Below are positions 16,851 to 23,953 of a DNA stretch of 35,388 bases, piece after piece. Each line of letters starts with the position of its first letter. Position 1 is the first letter of the stretch. Source of the stretch: an uncultured Saprospiraceae bacterium (GTDB lineage Bacteria > Bacteroidota > Bacteroidia > Chitinophagales > Saprospiraceae); NCBI GenBank assembly GCA_964533005.1, contig CAZHLB010000001.1:1-35388 (forward strand). The letters are read 5' to 3'. The position numbers and the translations under genes are program-made. Under the pieces are notes generated by a model, which saw nothing but the letters and a program-made list of their open reading frames with translations, was not told where the DNA came from and did not search any database.

Positions 16851-17813
16851 TTTCGAATTCTAAATTGGAAGGTAATTCAATCATCAATGATTTGTCAATC
16901 TCAACTGCATCAACTCGCTGATTGTAAGTTTTGATGAGGCTCACAATGCTGTTTTTCAGAACCCGGCTGTTGAAGTTGCTTATTTCTTCGATATTTTGAG
17001 AAACAAAGGATTCGAGCGATTCCACCGCAATATGTCCATTGCAAAATTCTTCTGCCATTTGGCGAGAACCTACCAATTTCGAGTCAGGCACGAGTAAATA
17101 GACCTTCAAACCTTCAGCAAGATTGTGTTGGCATTTCTCGAAAACAGCTTGCATTGGCGCTACGGTAACATGAAAAACAGTATCCCCGATGATAAAATCG
17201 CCTTGACGATTGGTGGGTCTGTCGGCAGTGCTTGCTGATTATTGGAAACGGGGATTTCAGGAAATCTTATCTGGAGTTTTGCGCCGACTAAATGTTGAGC
17301 AACAAAGCCAGCTTTTCCTTCATTTTTTGCATCTTCTAGCAAGTTCTTGATTGTGACCCAAGTTGAAAGTTTTGGGTCGAAAATGAGTTTGATTTTTTGC
17401 CTGTTGTGATAGTCTCTAACCTTGTCAACAAGATAACTTTGAAGATTTGTCAAAATCAAATTCCTTTCTTCTGCGGGAATAGTATTCAATTCCAAGCCAG
17501 ATAAGGCTTTGAATAATGGTCTGATGTCGCCTTGACCGCCTCTGTTTGTGCGTCCGCCTTCTTTGGCAAAGGGGCGTGTTTCTCCAAAGGATTTGAGAAT
17601 TGCAGCGACTTTGGCACCACTTGCTCCTTTGATTTGTGCGCCTCCGTCAGCAATATGTGCATCAAAATTTAAGTCGAAATTTGTCTTTAGGCGCTCAAGC
17701 AAAACAAGCGTAGCTGCTATTGTTCCAGTTGCAGGGCCCTGGTTAGATTTGACAACTTTTAAAGACTTAAACCATAAGTCAAACAAAAGAAGGGCTTGTT
17801 GATTCTTGTCCAT
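16843..17813 (-). pseudogene. Putative Type II restriction endonuclease partner of Dcm, split by a frameshift near 17234-17242
   Basis: ORF 17160-17813 ends ..HLVGAKLQIRFPEIPVSNN, then runs into out-of-frame residues and a stop. In the shifted frame the sequence continues SASTADRPTNRQGDFIIGDTVFHVTVAPMQAVFEKC.., running directly into ORF 16843-17154. The gene is packed between dcm (35-nt overlap) and vsr (8-nt overlap). It resembles uncharacterised endonuclease candidates found next to Dcm (DUF4928-like, from memory, unverified). Confidence 0.6.
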
Positions 17814-18972
17814 TTTGAATTATTTCATCAATGAAAGGTAGATTGATTTCTTCCAAAACTGGATTCAGGTAATTCTCTGCAATCCATTTCACGACCGGCA
17901 CACAAACAGCATCGCCAAATCCAAAAAGCGATTCATTGAAACTGCCTGAAATGATAAAATTGTCTGCGCCCATTAGCCGAGCGCATTCCCGTGGAGATAA
18001 AAAGCGGATTCTAATTTCACCCTTGCCAACACGCAGCAAGATTTGGCGGGCGCTTCCACCTTTTGGCGTTCTCAAACATCCTGCAATTCCATCCGAACGA
18101 ATTTCTGCCATTGAACGCCCGTTGCGTATCCTTCTAAATGCTGTAAAATATGAGTATTCCGGTTGGTCTTTTGCTATATCAATCACGGCACGATGCCGGT
18201 CAAAAGTCTGATTTAGCAAGTATTCGACCCTTTCTTCACTCCACCAGTCTTTGGATTTTTCATCAATATGCTCAATTATATTTTCGAGCGAATTAGACCT
18301 TTTTGGGAGCTTGGGCAAGTTTCTAATGTTCCAGTTGATTTCTTGGTGGTCAAAAATAAAGTCGGCAAGTTTTGATGTTCGAATTTCGCTCTGATAAAAG
18401 CGTAAAGTCTTTTCATTCCAGCCATAAAATTGCTTCACTGCTTGTCTTCCGATAATAAATAATCGAACTCTGCTTTGAGGAACAAATCTTGCGGCATCAA
18501 TAACAAAAGCATCAACTTCATAGCCTAATTCATTCAAGGCTAATAATGCTTCTTGAAAATCCTTCCCATTGTGTGAAGTCAGAAAACCTTCCACGTTTTC
18601 CAGCAAAATCAAGGGCGGGCGGCGGTTTTCCATATCTCGAAGTAGCTTGATAAATCCCCAAAAAGCAGAAGATTGACTGCCAGATAAACCGACTCTACGA
18701 CCGGCAAGAGATAAATCAGTACATGGAAATGAAGCAGTAGCTAAAGTAACGGTAGGAACATCATTGCTTGAAAGTTTATGAATATCGCCAAAATAAAAAT
18801 GATTTGGCGTGTCCTGGAAATGATTGTTGTAAATTTTTTCTTTTAGCGGGTCAATATCATTGGCAAACTTTATTTCCCAACCTGCTTGTTCCAAGCCCAT
18901 TCTCATAAGCCCTATGCCGGAAAAAAACTCGGCAAATGTTTTTGGAAAAAAATGGAAGCCATTATTACTCAT
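17779..18972 (-). CDS. dcm: DNA (cytosine-5)-methyltransferase
   Basis: 397-aa ORF with the canonical C5-MTase motifs: I (FAEFFSGIGLM), IV (SFPCTDLSLAG), VI (LLENVEGF), VIII (QSRVRLFIIG) and X (GDAVCVPV). Confidence 0.92.
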   Translation of the reverse strand: MSNNGFHFFPKTFAEFFSGIGLMRMGLEQAGWEIKFANDIDPLKEKIYNNHFQDTPNHFYFGDIHKLSSNDVPTVTLATASFPCTDLSLAGRRVGLSGSQSSAFWGFIKLLRDMENRRPPLILLENVEGFLTSHNGKDFQEALLALNELGYEVDAFVIDAARFVPQSRVRLFIIGRQAVKQFYGWNEKTLRFYQSEIRTSKLADFIFDHQEINWNIRNLPKLPKRSNSLENIIEHIDEKSKDWWSEERVEYLLNQTFDRHRAVIDIAKDQPEYSYFTAFRRIRNGRSMAEIRSDGIAGCLRTPKGGSARQILLRVGKGEIRIRFLSPRECARLMGADNFIISGSFNESLFGFGDAVCVPVVKWIAENYLNPVLEEINLPFIDEIIQNGQESTSPSFV

Positions 18973-19358
18973 ATGACAAAATGGTTTAGGCGCAAAAATA
19001 GACTTTGTTTCGAGAATAAAAACATTTTGTGTGTTTTCTCTGCCGCTCCTCTTCTCAACGGGTAGTCCTTCCTTATCTTCTTCTGAATCTCCTCGTTGAT
19101 GTCGTCGCTTTCATCCTTGCTTTCCCAATAGCCGAAGTCGAGGCGCAGTGCATTTTTAAGAATGCCGTCGGGATAAACGGCTTTGCCGAGCGTGCCTTTC
19201 ACTGCTAATTCGGTGATAAGATAGAGGTTGCGTTTCTGCGCATATTCATTGATAAGATTGACAAAAGCGGTGCGAATGCTGGTCTCGTTGCGGCTGCCGC
19301 CATATTGGATGGTTTTGTCGAGCGCCGTGTAATATTGCTGGATTAGGAGTTTAGACAT
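18969..19358 (-). pseudogene. N-terminal fragment of a Type ISP-like restriction/modification enzyme
   Basis: The first ~100 aa read MSKLLIQQYYTALDKTIQYGGSRNETSIRTAFVNLINEYA..YPDGILKNALRLDFGYWESKDESDDINEEIQKKIRKDYP. This matches the N-terminal pattern of large Type ISP/N6-methylase enzymes as I recall it. The sequence then diverges and stops after 129 aa, overlapping the dcm start by 4 nt (ATGA). Confidence 0.55.
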
Positions 19359-19397
19359 GAGCGATTGTGTTTGAATGGTGGACGCAGGTTTGGATTT

Positions 19398-19430
19398 ACG
19401 TTTACTAAACTTTCAAAGTTTAGCAAACGT
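19398..19430. repeat. REP-like hairpin (ACGTTTACnAAACTT..AAGTTTnGnAAACGT), related to 28546-28576
   Basis: acgtttactaaactt tca aagtttagcaaacgt has one stem mismatch. Nearly the same arms occur at 28546-28576. Confidence 0.6.
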
Positions 19431-19503
19431 GGGCTGCAAGGTAAAAAGCGGGGTTAAAAAGAATATCTTGATTTCACGAGTGGGACTACTTCGCACCAAA
19501 CCC

Positions 19504-19511
19504 TACCTTTG
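19504..19511 (+). promoter_or_regulatory. Candidate -7 promoter box (TACCTTTG) for P4
   Basis: The box fits TAnnTTTG. The whole ~75-nt segment from this box to the ATG is duplicated upstream of P5, where the box reads TAACTTTG at 21841. Confidence 0.45.
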
Positions 19512-19574
19512 GCTACTCGATTCCTGGCTTTCCGGCTATTTGGCTTTTTTCCTTTTCCAATTAAATCTTCAACC

Positions 19575-21731
19575 ATGATGAAAACAGTCACTTGCTATGT
19601 CTTGTGTTTCCTCGCCGCATTTCAACTCGCCGCCCAGGTCGAGTTCAACCCGGCAGGCACTTCCACCAACGCTTCCGCCATTTTTGAACTGACCGCCACC
19701 GACAAGGGTATGCTCGTGCCTCGCATGACCACTGCTCAACGAACCGCCATTGCCTCGCCTGCCACCGGCTTGCTCGTTTTCGACACCACGACAGGCAGTT
19801 TTTGGTTCTACAACGGGGCATCCTGGATTAATTTATCCGTTCCGAAGGTGCTCGCCGATGCCGACGGCAACACCAAAATACAAGTGGAAGAAAATCCCAA
19901 TGAAGACATCATCCGCTTCGACGTCAGCGGAACAGAGGAAATGGTGCTTCGCAAAAATGGCAACGGAGAATCCCGGCTGGAATTTCCGGGGACGAATGTC
20001 TTTGTCGGGGAAGGCGCCGGGCAAGCGAATTCGAACCTCGGCAACAACAACGTTGGCGTTGGAACGCAGGCACTTTTTTCCAACAACACCGGCGACCAGA
20101 ACACTGCCGCTGGCTTCCATGCGCTTCAATCCAACAACAGCGGCAGCAACAACACCGCCACCGGTTTTCAGGCGCTTCAGGAGAACACCTCCGGTGGCAG
20201 CAACAACGCCAATGGCGTGAATGCGCTTCGGGACAACACCACCGGCGGCAGCAACACCGCCACTGGCGTGAATGCGCTGCTTTCCAACACCACCGGCAGC
20301 GACAACACTGCCACTGGCGTGGCTGCGCTTTCCTCCAACACCAACGGCACCCAAAACACGGCTCATGGAGCGCAGGCGCTTTTTTCCAATACCACCGGCG
20401 ACTACAATACCGCCACCGGAAAGAGTGCGCTTTATTCCAACACCAGCGGCAACTACAACACTGCCAATGGCACAAATGCGCTTTTTTCCAACACCACAGG
20501 CAATTACAACACCTCAACCGGGTATGAATCGCTCGCTTTCAGCACCGGCTCTTTCAATTTGGCGAGCGGCTATCAAGCCATGTACGAAAACACTACCGGC
20601 TTTTCCAACACGGCGAGCGGCTACACTTCGCTCTATTCCAACACCACCGGCTTTCAAAACACGGCGGACGGGCACCAGGCTTTGCATGGCAATACCACCG
20701 GCGCTTTTAACATGGCGGCAGGCTACCGGGCTGCCTACGTCAACACCACCGGCTCTGCCAACGTGGCAATTGGGATTCGGGCTTTGTACCTGAATACCGA
20801 CCGCTCTTTCCTGGTAGCGGTGGGCGATTCGGCGCTTTACAATAATGGCGTGGGCGCTTCCCTGAGCACTCATTCGACCGAAAATACGGCGCTTGGCTCC
20901 AAGGCTTTGTTTGCCAACACCACTGGCGACTCCAACACCGGAGCAGGTTTTCAAGCCATGTTTGCCAACACGACCGGCGGAAACAACACGGCAGTCGGCT
21001 TTGAAGCTTTTGACCTGAACCTGACCGGCAACAATAGCACGACAATGGGTTACAGAGCTGGCGACGAGGGAAGCGACAATACCAATTGCACGTCCATTGG
21101 CGCTGATTCGGACGTGGGCACTGCGGGCACGAGCTACACCAATGCCACCGCCCTCGGCTACAATGCCAACACCGCCGCCGACAATTACGTCCGCATCGGA
21201 AACACCAGCGTTTCCAGCATCGGCGGGCAGGTCGGGTGGAGCACTTATTCCGACGGGCGGTTCAAGCGAAATGTGCAGGAAAACGTGGCGGGTTTGGATT
21301 TCATCATCCGCCTGCGTCCGGTGACTTATCAGTGGGACATTCATGCGCTGAACGATTTCATCCCAACCGCCAACGACGACTCGACGGAGTGGCGAGGCAA
21401 GTATGACATTGAAACAATGCGCTTCACTGGCTTCGTTGCGCAAGAAGTGGAACAGGCGGCGACGGAGGCGGGCTTTGATTTTAGCGGGGTGGACAAGCCG
21501 AAAAATGAGCACACGCCGTATGCTTTGCGCTACGCCGAGTTCGTCGTGCCACTGGTGAAGGCGGTGCAGGAGCAGCAAGCGGAAATTGGAAATTGGAAAT
21601 TGGAAATTCAGGAGCAGCAAGCCAGGATTGAAAAGGTAGAAAGACTTGAATCTGAAAATGCGGCATTGAAATCCCACCTCGAAAAAATCACCGCCGCCCT
21701 GCAAGGCGCAGGCATTGCTGTCGAAAAGTAA
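19575..21731 (+). CDS. P4: secreted fibre-like repeat protein with an S74-type C-terminal module
   Basis: The ORF opens at a TTG at 19509, but ATGs at 19575 and 19578 give signal peptide M(M)KTVTCYVLCFLAAFQLAAQ, as in P5. The N-domain is FELTATDKGMLVPRMTTAQRTAIASPATGLLVFDTTTGSFWFYNG. The 17-residue repeats span about 19995-21135. The C-terminal module reads GGQVGWSTYSDGRFKRNVQENVAGLDFIIRLRPVTYQWD..FTGFVAQEVEQAA..YALRYAEFVVPLVKAVQEQQ, with tail ..VERLESENAALKSHLEKITAALQGAGIAVEK. Confidence 0.85.
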   Translation: MMKTVTCYVLCFLAAFQLAAQVEFNPAGTSTNASAIFELTATDKGMLVPRMTTAQRTAIASPATGLLVFDTTTGSFWFYNGASWINLSVPKVLADADGNTKIQVEENPNEDIIRFDVSGTEEMVLRKNGNGESRLEFPGTNVFVGEGAGQANSNLGNNNVGVGTQALFSNNTGDQNTAAGFHALQSNNSGSNNTATGFQALQENTSGGSNNANGVNALRDNTTGGSNTATGVNALLSNTTGSDNTATGVAALSSNTNGTQNTAHGAQALFSNTTGDYNTATGKSALYSNTSGNYNTANGTNALFSNTTGNYNTSTGYESLAFSTGSFNLASGYQAMYENTTGFSNTASGYTSLYSNTTGFQNTADGHQALHGNTTGAFNMAAGYRAAYVNTTGSANVAIGIRALYLNTDRSFLVAVGDSALYNNGVGASLSTHSTENTALGSKALFANTTGDSNTGAGFQAMFANTTGGNNTAVGFEAFDLNLTGNNSTTMGYRAGDEGSDNTNCTSIGADSDVGTAGTSYTNATALGYNANTAADNYVRIGNTSVSSIGGQVGWSTYSDGRFKRNVQENVAGLDFIIRLRPVTYQWDIHALNDFIPTANDDSTEWRGKYDIETMRFTGFVAQEVEQAATEAGFDFSGVDKPKNEHTPYALRYAEFVVPLVKAVQEQQAEIGNWKLEIQEQQARIEKVERLESENAALKSHLEKITAALQGAGIAVEK

Positions 21732-21741
21732 TAGACTGAAC

Positions 21742-21774
21742 AGCGATACGATTGCTTCAAGCAATCGTATCGCT
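21742..21774 (+). terminator. Perfect hairpin terminator after P4
   Basis: agcgatacgattgc ttcaa gcaatcgtatcgct starts 11 nt after the stop. The stem base AGCGATACGAT is shared with the hairpin after P6, with one compensatory base-pair change. No T-run follows. Confidence 0.6.
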
Positions 21775-21840
21775 CCTTCCCGAGACCTCGGAGCGGAAAT
21801 TAGAGGCATCGAGCCAGTTTCAATTTGCCGAGCCAAACCC

Positions 21841-21848
21841 TAACTTTG
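21841..21848 (+). promoter_or_regulatory. Candidate -7 promoter box (TAACTTTG) for P5
   Basis: The box fits TAnnTTTG and lies within the duplicated P4/P5 upstream segment (ggctactcga.tcctggctttcc..atttggcttttttccttttccaattaaatctt). Confidence 0.45.
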
Positions 21849-21914
21849 GCTACTCGAATCCTGGCTTTCCGAGCATTTGGCTTTTTTCCTTTTCCAATTA
21901 AATCTTGAACCAAG

Positions 21915-23858
21915 ATGAAAACAGTCACTTGCTACGCCTTGTGTTTTCTCGCCGCATTTCAACTCGCCGCACAGGTCGAGTTCAACCCGGCGGGCACTTC
22001 CACCAACGCTTCCGCTATTTTTGAACTGACAGCTAACGACAAGGGAATGCTCGTGCCTCGCATGACTTCAGCGCAGCGAATAGGCATTGCCTCGCCCGCC
22101 ACCGGCTTGCTCGTTTTCGACACCACGACAGGCAGTTTTTGGTTTTACAATGGCACGGTGTGGGTGGATTTGGCTTCGCCAAAATTGCTTGCCGACACCG
22201 ACAACGACACCAAAATTCAAGTGGAAAAAAATCCTGATGAGGATAAAGTCAGGGTGGATTTGGCAGGTTCGGAGCGGCTCGTTTTGCAACGAAATGCCGC
22301 AGGCAACACCCAAATTTTGCTGCCCAACAACAGCCAGAATACCTTCATCGGCAACGCCGCAGGCAACGCCAACACGACCGGCTCGACGAACACCGCCGTT
22401 GGCGACAATGCTTTGATTGCCAACACCGATGGGCTTTCCAACACCGCCATCGGCGTGAATGCACTGGAAAACAACGTCTCCGGCATCTCGAACACGGCGA
22501 GCGGCGTGAATGCCTTGAATGCCAATTCCAACGGCTCGAACAATTCGGCACATGGGCAAGAAGCGCTGTTTTCCAACACCGACGGCAGTTCCAACGTGGC
22601 AATCGGCGCATCCGCTTTGCACGAGAATACCGACCGCTCCTTCCTGGTCGCCGTCGGCGACTCGGCTATGTACAACAATGGGACGGGCGTCGTGGAAACT
22701 TATCATGCCGCCGGAAACGTGGCGGTGGGCAGCAAGGCGCTTTTTGGCAACACCATTGGCTACGCCAACACCGGCGTCGGCGACAATGCGCTGTCTGCCA
22801 ACACAGACGGCAACAACAACACAACTTGCGGGCATTTTTCGCTGGCGGGGAACACCACCGGCATCTACAACACTGCCCTTGGCAGCCGTGCCTTGCGCAA
22901 CAACACGACCGGCTCCAACAACACGGCGAGCGGCTTTTTTGCTTTGTATTCTAACACCACTGGCTTCTCCAACACTGCCGTCGGCAATAATGCACTGTAT
23001 CTCAATACCAACCGCTCCAACCTCGTGGCAGTGGGCGACTCGGCTTTGTACAACAATGGGACGGGGGCGACGATTTATTATGAAGCCGTGCGCAACACGG
23101 CGCTCGGCAGCAAAGCGCTTTTTTCCAACACCGTTGGCTTTGAAAATACTGCCACTGGTTTTAACGCACTGAATAGTAATGTTGCCGGATTTGGTAATAC
23201 AGGCGTTGGTTATAGCACAGGTTCCATCTCCGCAGGCAACGTGTATTCTACCTTCATAGGATATGATGCGGACGTGCCGGCAGGTTCTCCCAATGTTTTT
23301 TTTAGCACTGCTCTCGGATACAATTCCCGCGTAAGTGGAGATTTCGAAGTGCGCATAGGATACTCCGGCACACTATCCATCGGCGGTTATCAAAATTGGA
23401 CAAACTACTCCGATGGGCGCTTCAAAAACCAGGTTCGGGAAGATGTGCCTGGCTTGGATTTTTTGCTCCGGCTGCGCCCGGTGACTTACCAATTGGATGT
23501 GGAAGGATTGAGCGCCCATTTGAAAGAAAGCAAGCCGGAGGGCAACATTTCCCGCTTGCCCCGGGGAGACCAAATCCGTCGCACGGGTTTCATCGCCCAG
23601 GAAGTGGAGGCGGCAGCGAAGCAAGCCGGGTTTGATTTCAGCGGGGTGGATGCGCCCAAAAATGAGAACGACTTGTACGGCTTGCGCTACGCCGAGTTCG
23701 TTGTGCCGTTGGTGAAGGCGGTGCAGGAAATGGATGCGAACGAGCAAAACCAAAACGAGAAGATAGCGGCTTTGCAAGCCGAGAACGCAGCCCTGAAAGC
23801 GCAGCTTGAAAAAATCGCCGCCGCCCTGCAAGGCGTTGGCATTACCGTTGAAAAATAG
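21915..23858 (+). CDS. P5: secreted fibre-like repeat protein with an S74-type C-terminal module
   Basis: 647-aa ORF. The signal peptide and N-domain are nearly identical to P4. The 17-residue repeats span about 22338-23208. The C-terminal module reads GGYQNWTNYSDGRFKNQVREDVPGLDFLLRLRPVTYQLD..TGFIAQEVEAAAKQAGFDFSGVDAPKNENDLYGLRYAEFVVPLVKAVQE, with tail LEKIAAALQGVGITVEK. Confidence 0.85.
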   Translation: MKTVTCYALCFLAAFQLAAQVEFNPAGTSTNASAIFELTANDKGMLVPRMTSAQRIGIASPATGLLVFDTTTGSFWFYNGTVWVDLASPKLLADTDNDTKIQVEKNPDEDKVRVDLAGSERLVLQRNAAGNTQILLPNNSQNTFIGNAAGNANTTGSTNTAVGDNALIANTDGLSNTAIGVNALENNVSGISNTASGVNALNANSNGSNNSAHGQEALFSNTDGSSNVAIGASALHENTDRSFLVAVGDSAMYNNGTGVVETYHAAGNVAVGSKALFGNTIGYANTGVGDNALSANTDGNNNTTCGHFSLAGNTTGIYNTALGSRALRNNTTGSNNTASGFFALYSNTTGFSNTAVGNNALYLNTNRSNLVAVGDSALYNNGTGATIYYEAVRNTALGSKALFSNTVGFENTATGFNALNSNVAGFGNTGVGYSTGSISAGNVYSTFIGYDADVPAGSPNVFFSTALGYNSRVSGDFEVRIGYSGTLSIGGYQNWTNYSDGRFKNQVREDVPGLDFLLRLRPVTYQLDVEGLSAHLKESKPEGNISRLPRGDQIRRTGFIAQEVEAAAKQAGFDFSGVDAPKNENDLYGLRYAEFVVPLVKAVQEMDANEQNQNEKIAALQAENAALKAQLEKIAAALQGVGITVEK

Positions 23859-23861
23859 GCA

Positions 23862-23898
23862 TGAAGGTCGGCGGCGTTGCGAACGCCGCCGACCTTCA
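23862..23898 (+). terminator. Perfect GC-rich hairpin between P5 and P6
   Basis: tgaaggtcggcggcgtt gcg aacgccgccgaccttca forms a 17-bp stem starting 4 nt after the P5 stop. It is homologous to the imperfect hairpin at 10779-10809. No T-run follows, so it could act as an attenuator or RNA-stability element rather than a full terminator. Confidence 0.55.
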
Positions 23899-23953
23899 AT
23901 CGTTCCCATTCGAAGCCGCTTTTAGGCACTCCTTTCAATTAAATCGTAGCCGA

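Noticed and set aside
20514-21836. Long antisense ORFs inside the fibre genes. This 440-aa one is an example, along with 22068-22835, 12011-12568, 11980-12471, 8504-9385, 19833-20366 and 31548-32336.
   Set aside because: They mirror the periodic repeat composition of the + strand genes, giving Gly/Val/Ala/Arg-rich nonsense. They have no signal or motif content and overlap strongly supported genes across their whole length.
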